DNA of 64,000 nucleotides from positions 13,423-77,422 of the forward strand of contig JANRIU010000064.1 of NCBI GenBank assembly GCA_033764615.1, written 5' to 3'. A program made the position numbers and the translations under genes. The notes below the pieces were generated by a model. It ran no database searches. It was not told where the DNA came from and was given only the letters and a program-made list of their open reading frames with translations. The DNA comes from Gemmatimonadales bacterium (GTDB lineage Bacteria; Gemmatimonadota; Gemmatimonadetes; Gemmatimonadales; GWC2-71-9). This document shows positions 28,114-39,266 of this stretch, in pieces (the first letter of the stretch is position 1; each line of letters starts with the position of its first letter).

Positions 28114-30917
28114 GGCTGCCCGCCCGGCACGGGGAGCCGGCGCTCGTGCGTCCAGCTGCGGCCGTCCTGCTCGAAGACGAGCGTCACCAGCGCCTCGCGC
28201 GTCCCCTGCTCCGGCCGACCGCCGTCCCACGCGGGCAGCGCCGCGGTGCGGAAGCCGACCTCGCGGGCGCCACGCGGCGGCAGCGTGAGCGCCACCGTGG
28301 TGTCGACCGTCGCCTCGGTGGCACGCACGAGGGTGAGCGCGGAGTCGGCGTAGCACTTCACGACGACGGTCATCGTCCATGGCCGCGCGTCCGCCGGATC
28401 GTCGAGGCCCGGGAAGAGGCCGATGCTGAGCGGCGCCGGCGCGCGGCCTGGAGGCAGCGACGCCTCCAGCCGGGCGCGATGGTAGTTGAGCGGCTCCTTG
28501 GCCAGCTGGCGCCCGTCCGCCTCGAAGAGCGAGAGGCCGAAGTCGGTGAAGCGCGGCCACTGCTCGCGCGGCATCACCGCGTCGATGGCGATGCGCGTCG
28601 CCCAGGCGGGCGGCGTGAAGCGGATGGTGCGCCGCGCCCCGCCCGAGGGCGCGAGCGCCACCGCGCTCGCGGCGCCGACGGCGAGCGCCGTGACGGCGCC
28701 CCGCGCCTCGGCGGCCGTCGCGTTCGTGGCGATGGCGCGCACCGACGCCTCGCCGCCGGCCGTCGCGAGCGAGGCGTCGAGGCGGACGGGGCTCCGCCGC
28801 ACGGTGACGCGGACGCGCGGCGGTTCACTGCCGGGCATCGCGACGGCGGCGAGCTCCCACGTGCCAGCCACCGCATCCGCGCCGTCGACGCCGAGGGTGG
28901 CGCCGGCCGGCCCGCCCGCCACCTCCACCTCGCCGCCGCCGAGCCGGGGCCGGCCGCCCGGCTCGTAGAGCTGCGCCATCGCCCCCGTCCCTTCTGGCGC
29001 GGCCTCGACGCGCACATCGAAGGCACGTCCCTCCTCGGCCGGCACCGGCACGCGCGCGACGCCGCCCGCGGGGACCAGCCGCTCCAGGCTCACCTCCGCG
29101 GGCGCCGCCGCGACGGGGACGACCACGGTGTGCACGAGCCGGAACGCCGGCCCCGCGAGCGTGTCCTTCGGCCAGCCGGTGACGGTGCCGGTCCACACGC
29201 CGGGGTCGCGCAGCGCGGCGGCGCGCACGCGCACGACGACGGCACCGCGCGCGCCGACGGTGACGCTCCGCGGCGGCACGAGCCACGGCACGTCGCTCCG
29301 CAGCGTGAACGTCTCCGGGGCGGCGTCGTCCCTGGCGAGGTCCCACGCCTGCAGCGTGTCGGCCGGGCCGCGGAAGCCATCGGCGCGGAACGCGGCGCGC
29401 GCGCGGGTGCCGGCCACGATGGCCTCCACCTCGGTCGCGCGGCGCTCGGTGGCGAGCCACCGCCACGCGGCGGCCACGTCCGGCAGGCCTGCGCCGTCGT
29501 CGAGCGCGGTGGCACCGGGCGTCGGACGGGCGGTGACCATGAGCGCACGCCGGATGCGCGCGGCGCGGACGGGACGCCCCTCCTGCACGAGCGCGGAGAC
29601 GAGCACGGCCGCGAGCCCGGCGGCATGCGGCGAGGCCATGCTGGTGCCGTACTCGATCTCGCCGCCGCGGTCCCACGCGGGCACCGTCGAGAACGCGGCC
29701 CCGGGTGCCGCGAGGTCCGGCTTCCCCGTCTCGCCGCCGCGCGAGCTGAAGTACGCCACCGCCTCGGGGCCGTCGTGCCCCTGCGCGCGGAGGAACGGCG
29801 CGGGCCACGTCGCCGCGACCGAGATGGCGCGGCTCGCCGAGCCGGGGAAGCCGACCGTGCTGAGGCCGGGGCCGTCGTTGCCGGCGCTGATGGTGAACAC
29901 GACGTCGGGGTTCGCGGCGAGCACCGAGTCCACGTAGGCGTCGATCCCCGCGCGCCCCTCCTCCTCGTTGCCGACGCCGAAGCTCATGTTCAGCACGAGC
30001 GGCATCCGCCGCTCGCGCGCGAAGGCGACGGCGTACGCGATGGCGCGGCGCATGGCGCCGGTGGTGGTGAGGCCGCCCTGCGCATTGTCGCTGATCTTGA
30101 GGCCGAGGAGCTGCGCACCGGGCGCCACGCCGTCGAAGCCCGCGACGCCGTACATCCGGTGCCCGGCGGCGATGCCGGCGACGTGGGAGCCGTGGCCGCT
30201 CGTGTCGAAGTAGAGGTCGAGCTGCGGCGCCGCGCGCGCGGCAGGCTCGGGCCCGAAATTGGCCGCGAGCGTGATCGGCGCACGCGCGCCGCCGTAGCCG
30301 AACGTCTCGAACGCCTGACGGTAGTCGTGCACGGGCGCCTCGCGTTCGAGCGAGCCGTCGCCGTCGGTGTCGGCGAACAGCACCCAGCCGTCGGTCGCCT
30401 TCGTGACGATGACGGGGAGCGCGTCGGTGTCGTCGCCGTCGCCGTCGAGGTCGCTCGCGGGGAGGGCGCCAAGGGGCCGCTCGGCGAGGGTGCCGCCGAA
30501 CCAGGGCCCCTTCGGCGCGCGCGCGCGCATCGCACCGAAGCCGCGCAGCAGCGTGCCGCCGACCACGACGGCATCGCCCGTCGGTTCGAGCGGCTCGAGC
30601 ACGACGCGCCCCTCGCCCGAGAAATCGCGCAGGTCGAGGAGCTTCCGCTCGCCGGTGCTGGTGAGGCCGAGGCCGGGGATGCCGGCGTCGACGCCCGAGT
30701 CGAGGATGCCGATGAGCACGCCACGTCCGTCGGACGTGGGCCGCTCCGCGCGAAGCACATCGACGCGGGTGCTGGCGAGCGGCATGAGGCCGAGCCGCGC
30801 GGCGACGGCGGGTGGCACGGCGGGCTCGCCGGGCGCCGAGCCCTGCTGCGCCTGCAGCGCGGGCCCGGCGAGCGCGGCGCACAGCGCGAGCGCGGCCGCG
30901 CGGCGCGGCTCACGCAT
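28110..30917 (-). CDS. Secreted S8 subtilase, tripeptidyl-peptidase II-like
   Basis: ILDSGVD, HGSHVAGI, SAGNDGP, GTSMASP; long insert between catalytic Asp and His. Confidence 0.9.
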   Translation of the reverse strand: MREPRRAAALALCAALAGPALQAQQGSAPGEPAVPPAVAARLGLMPLASTRVDVLRAERPTSDGRGVLIGILDSGVDAGIPGLGLTSTGERKLLDLRDFSGEGRVVLEPLEPTGDAVVVGGTLLRGFGAMRARAPKGPWFGGTLAERPLGALPASDLDGDGDDTDALPVIVTKATDGWVLFADTDGDGSLEREAPVHDYRQAFETFGYGGARAPITLAANFGPEPAARAAPQLDLYFDTSGHGSHVAGIAAGHRMYGVAGFDGVAPGAQLLGLKISDNAQGGLTTTGAMRRAIAYAVAFARERRMPLVLNMSFGVGNEEEGRAGIDAYVDSVLAANPDVVFTISAGNDGPGLSTVGFPGSASRAISVAATWPAPFLRAQGHDGPEAVAYFSSRGGETGKPDLAAPGAAFSTVPAWDRGGEIEYGTSMASPHAAGLAAVLVSALVQEGRPVRAARIRRALMVTARPTPGATALDDGAGLPDVAAAWRWLATERRATEVEAIVAGTRARAAFRADGFRGPADTLQAWDLARDDAAPETFTLRSDVPWLVPPRSVTVGARGAVVVRVRAAALRDPGVWTGTVTGWPKDTLAGPAFRLVHTVVVPVAAAPAEVSLERLVPAGGVARVPVPAEEGRAFDVRVEAAPEGTGAMAQLYEPGGRPRLGGGEVEVAGGPAGATLGVDGADAVAGTWELAAVAMPGSEPPRVRVTVRRSPVRLDASLATAGGEASVRAIATNATAAEARGAVTALAVGAASAVALAPSGGARRTIRFTPPAWATRIAIDAVMPREQWPRFTDFGLSLFEADGRQLAKEPLNYHRARLEASLPPGRAPAPLSIGLFPGLDDPADARPWTMTVVVKCYADSALTLVRATEATVDTTVALTLPPRGAREVGFRTAALPAWDGGRPEQGTREALVTLVFEQDGRSWTHERRLPVPGGQP

Positions 30918-32535
30918 GCCCGTCGCCCACGCGGCCGGGGAGGACGAACGGCCCGAGGTGCGGGCCGTCCCAGCTCGCGGTGACGCGGAGCAGGAAGGCG
31001 AGCGTGTCGCGCGTCTCCTCCGGCGTCACGATGGCATCGGCGAAGCCGCGGGCCGCGGCGTACGTCGCGTCGAGCTGCGCCTCGTAGTCGGCGCGCATCC
31101 GGTCGACCGCGGCGGCGAGCTCGGGCGCGGGCGGCTGCTTCGCCGCCTTCGCCTGCTGCAGCGCGGGGCCGTGCACCGCCTGCACGGCGCTCTCCCCCTC
31201 CATCACCGCCATGCGGCCGGTCGGCCACGAGACGATGAAGTCGGGGTCGAAGCCCTGCCCCGCCATCGCGTAGTAGCCGGCACCCGAGGCGTGGTTCACG
31301 GTGAGCACCAGCTTCGGCACCGTCGCCGTCGCCATCGCCTCGACGAAGCGCGCCCCCGCGCGGATGATCCCCGACTCCTCGGCCTCGGTGCCGACCATGA
31401 AGCCGGACACGTCCTGCACGAACAGGAGCGGCAGCCGCTCGCGGTCGGCGGTCTCGATGAAGTAGGCGGCCTTCTCGGCGGACTCCGTGTAGATGATCCC
31501 GCCGAAACGCGGCCGCTCGCCGGGCGCGCCCTTGATGATGCCGCGCTGGTTCGCGATGACGGCGACGGGCCAGCCGCCGATGCGCGCGTGGCCGCAGAGC
31601 AGCTCCTTCGCGACGTCGGGCTGGAACTCGTCGAGCCGCCCGCCGTCGAGCACCGCGTCGAGCACGTGGCGCATGTCGTACGAGAGGCGGTGGTCGGCGG
31701 GGAGCGTGTCGTACAGCGTCTCGGGCGCGCGCGCCGGCGGCGCGGCCTCGGCGACGCGGGTGCCGGCGCCCGCGGGGAGCGGCAGCCGCGCGACGTACTC
31801 CCGGAGGCGCTCGAGGCACTCGGCGTCGGTGGCGGCGCGGTAGTGCGCGACGGCGGAGCGTGCGGTGTGGGTGACGGCGCCGCCGAGCGTCTCGGCGTCG
31901 ACCACCTGTCCGGTCGCCCCCTTCACGAGGTTCGGGCCGCCGAGGCCCATGAAGCTCGTGCCCTCCACCATGAAGATCACGTCGGAGAGCGCGGGCAGGT
32001 ACGCGCCGCCCGCGATGCAGCTGCCCATCACCGCGGCGACCTGCGGCACGCGGAGGTAGCGGCGCATGAGCGAGTTGTAGTAGAAGATGCGTGCGGCACC
32101 GTACTGGCCGGGGAAGACGCCGTCCTGGTACGGGAGGTTCACGCCCGCGGAGTCGACCAGGTAGACGATCGGGATGCGCTGGCGCATCGCGATCTCCTGG
32201 GCGCGGAGGATCTTGGTGATCGTCTCGGGCCACCAGCTGCCGGCCTTCACCGTCGCGTCGTTCGCGACGACCACCACCGGCCTCCCCGCGACGAGGCCGA
32301 TGCCGGTGAGGACGCCGGCCGCGGGCGCCTGGCCGTCGTACCGGTCGTGCGCGATGAGGAGGCCGACCTCGAACCACGGGGAGCCGGGGTCGAGCAGCCG
32401 CTCGACGCGCTCGCGCGGGGGGAGCTGGCCCTTCGCGCGCATCTTCGCGGCGCGCTCGGGCCCGCCGCCGGCCTTCGCGCGGTCGGCGAGCGCCTGGTAC
32501 GCCGCGGTGAGGGCGCGCAGGCGGCTGCCGCTCAC
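30910..32535 (-). CDS. Acyl-CoA carboxylase carboxyltransferase subunit (MCC-beta-like)
   Basis: [36 protein letters not shown]. Confidence 0.92.
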   Translation of the reverse strand: MSGSRLRALTAAYQALADRAKAGGGPERAAKMRAKGQLPPRERVERLLDPGSPWFEVGLLIAHDRYDGQAPAAGVLTGIGLVAGRPVVVVANDATVKAGSWWPETITKILRAQEIAMRQRIPIVYLVDSAGVNLPYQDGVFPGQYGAARIFYYNSLMRRYLRVPQVAAVMGSCIAGGAYLPALSDVIFMVEGTSFMGLGGPNLVKGATGQVVDAETLGGAVTHTARSAVAHYRAATDAECLERLREYVARLPLPAGAGTRVAEAAPPARAPETLYDTLPADHRLSYDMRHVLDAVLDGGRLDEFQPDVAKELLCGHARIGGWPVAVIANQRGIIKGAPGERPRFGGIIYTESAEKAAYFIETADRERLPLLFVQDVSGFMVGTEAEESGIIRAGARFVEAMATATVPKLVLTVNHASGAGYYAMAGQGFDPDFIVSWPTGRMAVMEGESAVQAVHGPALQQAKAAKQPPAPELAAAVDRMRADYEAQLDATYAAARGFADAIVTPEETRDTLAFLLRVTASWDGPHLGPFVLPGRVGDGHA

Positions 32536-32933
32536 GTCGCCTGCCGCGCGGCCGCCCAGCGCTCGATGTACGCCACGAGGTCGCTCGTGGGCGTGCCGGG
32601 GCCGAAGAGGGTGCCCGTCCCCTGCCGCTCGAGCGTCTCCATGTCCTCCTTCGGGATGATGCCGCCGCCGGTGAGCAGGATGTCGGGGCGGCCCGCCTCG
32701 TCCAGCAGCTGGCGCACGCGGGGGAAGAGCGTCATGTGCGCGCCGGAGAGGATCGAGAGGCCCACCACGTCCACGTCCTCCTGGACGGCGGCGGTGGCGA
32801 TCATCTCGGGGGTCTGGTGGAGGCCGGTGTAGATGACCTCCATGCCGGCGTCGCGGAGCGCCGCGGCGACGACCTTGGCGCCGCGGTCGTGGCCGTCGAG
32901 GCCGGGCTTGGCGATGAGGACGCGGATCGGCAT
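32532..32933 (-). CDS. Cobalamin-binding small subunit of acyl-CoA mutase
   Basis: [20 protein letters not shown]. Confidence 0.95.
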   Translation of the reverse strand: MPIRVLIAKPGLDGHDRGAKVVAAALRDAGMEVIYTGLHQTPEMIATAAVQEDVDVVGLSILSGAHMTLFPRVRQLLDEAGRPDILLTGGGIIPKEDMETLERQGTGTLFGPGTPTSDLVAYIERWAAARQAT

Positions 32934-32960
32934 GCGGCGGTTCCCGTGTGGCGGCCCGGG

Positions 32961-33671
32961 TCAGGCGGCCGGGCCGAGGAGGTGGTCCACCACGGCGGCG
33001 ACGGACGGGAAGGCGCGCACGTCGGTGCGGTGGCGGTGCAGGCCGAGCGGGTCGACGAGCACGACGTCGAGCCCCGCGGCACGCGCGCCGACCACGTCCA
33101 CCTCGTACAGGTCCCCGACGTAGAGCGTGGTCGCGGGGTCGGCGCCGAGGGCGTCGAGCGCGGGGGAGAAGATAGCGGGATCGGGCTTCTCCACCCCGAC
33201 CAGCGCGGAGTCGATGACGACCTCGAACGCGTCCCGCAGGCCGGCGGCGACGAGCGCCGACTCCACGCGGCCGTCCGAGTTGGAGACGACGCCGAGCCGG
33301 CGGCCGGCGGCGGCGAGGCGGTCGAGCGCGGGCCGGGTGGCGGCGGGGACGCCGCCCCACAGGTGCCTCTCGAGGTGGAGCTCGCGGAGCGTGTCGCGCA
33401 CGACGCCGAGCTCGGCCTCGGGGACGCCGGCCAGCGTGAAGAGCGACTCGAGGTAGCGCGTCGCGCGCTCCCGGTCGGTCGCCTTCGCGACCTCGAGGCG
33501 CCGGGCGGCGTCGGCGGCGACCGCCTCGAGCTGGGGTCCGGTGAGCGGGCGCCGCAGCGCGGCGCCGACGCCCGCGGCGAGGCGGGCGTAGTCGAGGAAG
33601 ATGAGCGTGTTGCCCGCGTCGAACAGGACGGTCCGCGCGGAGGGCCGCGCCGGGGCCGGCCCGCCGCTCAC
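32961..33671 (-). CDS. HAD-superfamily hydrolase
   Basis: FDAGNTL, VSNSD, EKPDPAIF, VGDLYEVD. Confidence 0.9.
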   Translation of the reverse strand: MSGGPAPARPSARTVLFDAGNTLIFLDYARLAAGVGAALRRPLTGPQLEAVAADAARRLEVAKATDRERATRYLESLFTLAGVPEAELGVVRDTLRELHLERHLWGGVPAATRPALDRLAAAGRRLGVVSNSDGRVESALVAAGLRDAFEVVIDSALVGVEKPDPAIFSPALDALGADPATTLYVGDLYEVDVVGARAAGLDVVLVDPLGLHRHRTDVRAFPSVAAVVDHLLGPAA

Positions 33672-34891
33672 CGGAAGCGCAGCAGGCCCGCGAGGCCGTC
33701 GACCGCGTCGCGCGCGGCGTCGTCCTGGAGCACGCGCACCTCCACGCGCTGGCGCAACGCCTCCTCGATGGCATCGTCGATGAGGTCGAGCACCGGCTGC
33801 GCCTCCCCCTCGCCGCGCGTCTCGCGCGCGTGCTCCACGAGCCGCCCCGTCTCGCTCGCGCGGAAGCCCTGCAGCCGCGCATCGGGGTCGACGAGGAGCG
33901 TGCGCACCTGCCCGCGCGCCAGCGCCTTCAGGGTCACGCTGACACCGTTCTTGGCCCAGCCCGCGCCCCACGCCTCCTCCAGCTCGCGGGCGAGTGCGCC
34001 CTCCACGCCGCGGTCGGCGACGTCGCGCACCTCCAGCGCCATCGCATGCACGAGGGCGGGCGTGGCGGCCTTCGGCGCGAGCTTCGCGAAGCCGAGCAGC
34101 TTGCCGGCCTGGTACTCGTGGAGGAACGGCTCCACCTGCGGCGCCTCGGGGCCGGGGCCGGCGAGCACGATGCCGTGCACCGGGTGGCGGCGCTCGTGGT
34201 CGAAGAGGAGCCGGGCGATCGCCTCGAAGTGGCGCTTCCCCTCCTCGCGGATCCGGTTGTGGTAGGCGTGCTCGCCCCAGCCGGGGGCGTCCTGGTCGCC
34301 GCGGAAGCGGCCGCCGCGCGTGGCCGCGGCGGCGATCCCCTCCAGCTCGCGGCAGCCGTACGCCGTCACCTCGAACAGGCGCGCCTGCACGCGGTCGAGC
34401 ACCACGGTGAGCAGCCGCCCGAACGACGCCTCCACCGCCGCGAGCTCGCGGACGAGCGCCGTCTCCTCGACGGCGATGCGCGACTTGTAGACGACCGGCA
34501 GCGGCGTCACCTCGAAGAGGTCGAGCGCCTCGCAGGCGAAGACGGCGACGCCCTGCGTGGCCGGCAGGTTGGCCGGCTGGCGCAGGTGCTCGAGGATGCG
34601 CGCGAGGTCGCGCTCGACCTCCGCGTGCACGTGGCGCTCGAGGCCGAGCCGCCCGAGCCCCTCGGCGGTCTCGCGGATGCGGTTCTTGAGCTTGATGGCA
34701 TACTTGCCGCGCGCGCGGTCGCGCGGCTCCAGCTTGAGGTAGCACGAGACCACGCGGTGCCGCCCGATGCGCAGCTTCGTGAGCTGCGCGAGCAGCGCGC
34801 GGACGCGCTCCTCGGGCGCGGCCTCCGCGGCCCGGACCTTCGTGCGGACCCCGCGCTGCTGCTGGGCGACCCTAGAAGAAGACTGGCTCAC
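33668..34891 (-). CDS. Bacterial eRF1/aRF1-like (baeRF) protein
   Basis: VVSCYL, GVAVFA, VVLDRVQARLF, IVLAGP, GQVRTLLV, GLAGLLRF C-terminus; no GGQ. Confidence 0.8.
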   Translation of the reverse strand: MSQSSSRVAQQQRGVRTKVRAAEAAPEERVRALLAQLTKLRIGRHRVVSCYLKLEPRDRARGKYAIKLKNRIRETAEGLGRLGLERHVHAEVERDLARILEHLRQPANLPATQGVAVFACEALDLFEVTPLPVVYKSRIAVEETALVRELAAVEASFGRLLTVVLDRVQARLFEVTAYGCRELEGIAAAATRGGRFRGDQDAPGWGEHAYHNRIREEGKRHFEAIARLLFDHERRHPVHGIVLAGPGPEAPQVEPFLHEYQAGKLLGFAKLAPKAATPALVHAMALEVRDVADRGVEGALARELEEAWGAGWAKNGVSVTLKALARGQVRTLLVDPDARLQGFRASETGRLVEHARETRGEGEAQPVLDLIDDAIEEALRQRVEVRVLQDDAARDAVDGLAGLLRFR

Positions 34892-36578
34892 GGAAGCTCC
34901 CGTAGATCGTCTCGAGTTCGTGCCGGATCTCGTGCAGCGTGCAGTAGGCGCGCGCGCAGTCGAGCATCGGCGGGATGAGGTTGCGCCCCTCCTGCGCGGC
35001 CGCGCGGAGGGCGCCCAGCGTGGCGGCCACGAGCACGCCGTCGCGCTCGGCGCGCAGCGCGGCGAGGCGCGCGCGCTGCTGCCACTCGGCCTGCTCGTCC
35101 ACCTTGAGGATCGGCACCGGCGGCTCGTCGGCCTCGGTGAACGCGTTCAGCCCCACGAGCGTCCGGCGCCCCTGCTCCACCTCGTGCTGGAAGCGGCTCG
35201 CCGACTCGGCGATCTGCCGCTGGAACCAGCCGCGCTCGATCGCGGCGACGACGCCGCCCTGCGCGTCGATCTCGGCGAACAGCCCCTCGGCCTCGCGCTC
35301 GAGGCGGTCGGTGAGCGCCTCGACGAGGTACGAGCCGCCGAGCGGGTCGGCGACGTTGGCGACGCCGGTCTCGTAGGCGAGGATCTGCTGCGTGCGGAGC
35401 GCGATGCGCACCGAGTCCTCGGTGGGGAGCGCGAGCGTCTCGTCGAGCGCGTTCGTGTGCAGCGACTGCGTGCCGCCGAGCACCGCCGCGAGCGCCTGGT
35501 ACGCCACGCGCACGACGTTGTTGTACGGCTGCTGCGCCACGAGCGAGACGCCGGCGGTCTGGCAGTGGAAGCGCATCTTGAGCGAGCGCGGGTCCGCGGC
35601 GCCGTACCGCTCGCGGAGGTGCCGCGCCCAGATGCGCCGCGCGGCGCGGAGCTTGGCGATCTCCTCGAAGAAGTCGTTGTGCACGTCCCAGAAGAACGAG
35701 AGCCGCGGCGCGAAGCCGTCGACCGCGAGCCCCCGCGCCAGCCCCTCCTCCACGTACCGGAAGCCGTTCGCGAGCGTGAACGCCAGCTCCTGCGCCGCCG
35801 TCGCCCCGGCCTCGCGGATGTGGTAGCCGCTGATGGAGATCGGGTTGTACTTCGGCGCGTGCTCGGACGCCCACGCGAACATGTCGCCGATGAGCGAGAG
35901 CGAGGGCGCGGGCGGGTAGAGCCACGCGTGCTGCGCCATGTACTCCTTGAGGATGTCGTTCTGCACCGTCCCCTGGAGCCGGTGCGCCGGCACCCCCTGC
36001 TTCTCGGCCGCCGCCACGTAGAAGCAGAACAGCATCGCCGCGGGGCCGTTGATCGTCATCGAGACCGAGACCCGGTCCATCGGGATGCCGTCGAACAGCG
36101 TCTCCATGTCCCGCAGGCTCGAGATCGCGACGCCGCACTTCCCCACCTCGCCGAGCGAGCGGGGATGGTCGCCGTCGTAGCCCATGAGCGTGGGGAAGTC
36201 GAACGCGACGGAGAGGCCGGTCTGGCCGCGCTCGAGGAGGAACTTGTACCGCCGGTTCGTGTCCTCGGCGGTGCCGAAGCCGGCGAACTGGCGCATCGTC
36301 CAGAGGCGGCCGCGGTACATCGTCTCGTGGATGCCGCGCGTGTACGGGTACTGGCCCGGCAGCGCCGCGGGGTCGACGTGGGGCGCGTCGGCCGGCGTGT
36401 ACGCCAGCTCCAGCTCGCGGCCCGAGATGGTGGTGAAGTCGGTGTCGTCGCGCACGGGCTGCGCGGCGGCCTTCTCGCGCCAGGCGCGGACCTCCTCGCG
36501 CAGCGCCTCGAGTTCGCGCTCCTTGAGCGCCAGCAGCTCGGCGAGCTGCTCGGCCTGGGCCCATCCCGCCATGGTCAT
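34872..36578 (-). CDS. B12-dependent acyl-CoA mutase large subunit (isobutyryl-CoA mutase-like residues)
   Basis: [43 protein letters not shown]. Confidence 0.93.
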   Translation of the reverse strand: MTMAGWAQAEQLAELLALKERELEALREEVRAWREKAAAQPVRDDTDFTTISGRELELAYTPADAPHVDPAALPGQYPYTRGIHETMYRGRLWTMRQFAGFGTAEDTNRRYKFLLERGQTGLSVAFDFPTLMGYDGDHPRSLGEVGKCGVAISSLRDMETLFDGIPMDRVSVSMTINGPAAMLFCFYVAAAEKQGVPAHRLQGTVQNDILKEYMAQHAWLYPPAPSLSLIGDMFAWASEHAPKYNPISISGYHIREAGATAAQELAFTLANGFRYVEEGLARGLAVDGFAPRLSFFWDVHNDFFEEIAKLRAARRIWARHLRERYGAADPRSLKMRFHCQTAGVSLVAQQPYNNVVRVAYQALAAVLGGTQSLHTNALDETLALPTEDSVRIALRTQQILAYETGVANVADPLGGSYLVEALTDRLEREAEGLFAEIDAQGGVVAAIERGWFQRQIAESASRFQHEVEQGRRTLVGLNAFTEADEPPVPILKVDEQAEWQQRARLAALRAERDGVLVAATLGALRAAAQEGRNLIPPMLDCARAYCTLHEIRHELETIYGSFREPVFF

Positions 36579-37606
36579 GCCTTCGCTCCCGTCCGGAGTC
36601 CGTCCACCAGCCCGGCGGCGAGGTCGTACGGGCTGAGGCGCCCGTCGGCGAGCTCGTCGAGGCTCCTGTCGATGAGGCCGTCCACGTCGGCCTCCTCCCG
36701 CGCCCAGCGCCGCAGCGCGCGGTCGACCACCTCGCGCGTGCGCTGCGCGAGCCGCGTGCGGCGGCGGCGCGCGAGTTCCCCGCCCTGCTCGAGCCAGGCG
36801 TGGTGCCGGTCGAGCTCGGCCACGAGCGCGTCGATCCCCTCGCGCTTCGCCGCGGCCACCATCCGCACCGGCGCCTCCCAGCCCCCCTCCTCCGAGGCGC
36901 GGACCACGTCGCGCGGGCGCTGCAGCGCCCCGTGGTGCGCAGGGACGCGCATCCCGACGTTCCCCTTCCGGATGCCGAGCGCCAGCTCGATCTCGCTCTT
37001 CATCCGGTCGGCACCGGGGCGGTCGGCCTTGTTCACGACGTAGACGTCGGCCGCTTCCATGAGTCCCGACTTGAGCGCCTGGATGCCGTCGCCCGACTCG
37101 GGCACGAGCACGAGCGCCGTGGTGTCGGCCGACTGGTGCACGTCCAGCTCGGTCTGCCCGACGCCGACGGTCTCGATGACGACGCGGTCGAACCCCGCCG
37201 CATCGAGCACGTCGCAGACCTCGCGCGTCGCGGTCGCGAGCCCGCCGAGCGAGCCGCGCGTGGCCATGGAGCGGATGTAGACGCCGGGATCGAGCGCGAC
37301 CGACTCCATGCGGATGCGGTCGCCGAGGAGGGCACCCCCGGTGAAGGGGCTGGTGGGGTCGACCGCGACGACGGCGACCCGGAGGCCGGCCGTGCGGTAC
37401 GCCTGCACGAGGCACTCGACGAGCGTCGACTTCCCCGCGCCCGGCGGCCCCGTGATCCCGACGCGACGCGCCCGCCCCAGGTGCGGGTGCAGGCGCGCGA
37501 GGAGCTGCTCGAAATCGGGCCGCGCGTTCTCGACCATCGTGATCGCGCGGGCGACGGCAGCCGTCCGGCCGGCCAGGAGGTCGGCCAGCAGGCGGTCAAG
37601 GCTCAT
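36575..37606 (-). CDS. meaB: Mutase-associated GTPase metallochaperone
   Basis: GPPGAGKST, GGALLGDRIRM, ETVGVGQ, NKAD. Confidence 0.95.
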   Translation of the reverse strand: MSLDRLLADLLAGRTAAVARAITMVENARPDFEQLLARLHPHLGRARRVGITGPPGAGKSTLVECLVQAYRTAGLRVAVVAVDPTSPFTGGALLGDRIRMESVALDPGVYIRSMATRGSLGGLATATREVCDVLDAAGFDRVVIETVGVGQTELDVHQSADTTALVLVPESGDGIQALKSGLMEAADVYVVNKADRPGADRMKSEIELALGIRKGNVGMRVPAHHGALQRPRDVVRASEEGGWEAPVRMVAAAKREGIDALVAELDRHHAWLEQGGELARRRRTRLAQRTREVVDRALRRWAREEADVDGLIDRSLDELADGRLSPYDLAAGLVDGLRTGAKA

Positions 37607-37634
37607 AAGGACGAAAGATAGCGCCGGGACCCGC

Positions 37635-39266
37635 TCAGGTGCCGGGCCAGCGCGTCATCCGGAGCGGGTTCCGGAACAGGTGGCTCGGCAGCAGGAAGAT
37701 GACGGTGAACATGCCCCCGGCGAAGAAGAGCCCCGTCACCAGGATCTCGAACCGTCGGGTGACGCTCCAGACCAGCACGCTGATGAGCCCGATGGTGAAC
37801 GCGACGAGCGAGAGCAGCACGCGCCGCACCTGCTGCTTCAGGAAGCGGTGCAGCTCCGCCTGGTCGCGCGGGTGGAGGCGGACGCGGATCTCGTCGCGCT
37901 CGAGGCGGCGCAGCACGTCGCGCGCCTGCCGCAGCACGTTGAGCGCCTCCTGCCCCAGCTCCGCGAGCCGCCCCGACGCGTCCGACGCCTCGCCCGCCAC
38001 GAGCTTCGCCGTGTACCGCGGGATCCGCGGCTCGAGGATCGGGATGAGGTTGAAGTTCGGGTCGTACCGGTAGCCGAGCCCCTCCACCAGCATGCCGGCG
38101 CGCATGAAGTACACGAGGTCCGACGGCATGAGCAGCGGGAACTCGTAGAAGGTCTGGAAGATCTCCTCCACGATGCGCTGCACCTGGCGCGGCGAGAGGT
38201 CGGGCCTGAGCGAGATCGCCATGAGGCGCGTGGCCGCGTCCCGGATGACGGCGCGGTCGGCGTCGGGGTCGAGGAGGCCGAGCTCGTAGAAGCAGCTCAC
38301 CATGCCGTCCACGTCGCGGCGCTGCGCGGCGAGCATGGTGCGCATGATCCGGTCGCGGAGCCCGGGGTCGACGCGGAGCACCATGCCGAAGTCGAGCAGC
38401 ACGAGCCGGCCCTGGTCGTCCCAGAGCAGGTTGCCGGGGTGCGGGTCGGCGTGGAGGATGCCGTCCTCGAGGATCATCTTGAGGTATGCGTCCACCACGG
38501 TGCCCATCACGTCGGCGAGGCTCGTCTCGCCGCGGGCGATGCGGTCGGCCAGCCGGTCGACGCGCGTCCCCTCGACGAACTCGAGCACGAGCACCCGGCG
38601 CCGCACCAGCGTCGTCACCACGTCGGGCACCACCACGCGCGGCGTGCCCGCGAAGATGCCGCGCACCGTCGCCGCGTGCTTCGCCTCCTCGCGGAAGTCG
38701 AGCTCGTCCCGGATGCGCTTGGCGAACTCGTTCACCACGTTCGAGATCGCCTGCACCTGGTGCCCCGGGAAGAGGAGCGCGAGGACGACGATCATCCGGA
38801 ACGCGATGTCGAGGTCCTCCTGCACCATCCGGGCGACGCCGGGGCGCAGCACCTTCACCACCACCTCGCGCCCCTGGTACGACGCGCGGTGCACCTGCCC
38901 GAGGGAGGCGGCGGCGATCGGCTCCGGGTCCCACCGCTCGAACACCTCGCGCACCGGCGCGCCCAGCTCCTCGCGCACCACCTGCTCCGCCGAGCCCGCC
39001 GGCAGCGGCGGCACGGCGTCGGTGAGCGTGGCGATCTCGCCGAGGTACGGCTCGGGGAGGATGTCGGCGCGCGAGGCGAAGAGCTGCGCGAGCTTGATGT
39101 AGGTCGGGCCGAGGCCGGCGAGGGTGCGCACGAGCCGCTTCGCGCGGGCGCGATGGTCGGCCTCGGTGCGGCGGGCGGGGCCGCCGAGGAGGAGCAGGCG
39201 CCGCCGGTCCCGCGCGAAGGCGAGGATGAACGGCAGCAGCCGCGCGAAGACGAGGAGGAGGCGCAC
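37635..39266 (-). CDS. ABC1/UbiB atypical kinase family protein
   Basis: GPTYIKLAQ, AASLGQVH, HADPHPGN, LDFGM. Confidence 0.92.
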   Translation of the reverse strand: MRLLLVFARLLPFILAFARDRRRLLLLGGPARRTEADHRARAKRLVRTLAGLGPTYIKLAQLFASRADILPEPYLGEIATLTDAVPPLPAGSAEQVVREELGAPVREVFERWDPEPIAAASLGQVHRASYQGREVVVKVLRPGVARMVQEDLDIAFRMIVVLALLFPGHQVQAISNVVNEFAKRIRDELDFREEAKHAATVRGIFAGTPRVVVPDVVTTLVRRRVLVLEFVEGTRVDRLADRIARGETSLADVMGTVVDAYLKMILEDGILHADPHPGNLLWDDQGRLVLLDFGMVLRVDPGLRDRIMRTMLAAQRRDVDGMVSCFYELGLLDPDADRAVIRDAATRLMAISLRPDLSPRQVQRIVEEIFQTFYEFPLLMPSDLVYFMRAGMLVEGLGYRYDPNFNLIPILEPRIPRYTAKLVAGEASDASGRLAELGQEALNVLRQARDVLRRLERDEIRVRLHPRDQAELHRFLKQQVRRVLLSLVAFTIGLISVLVWSVTRRFEILVTGLFFAGGMFTVIFLLPSHLFRNPLRMTRWPGT

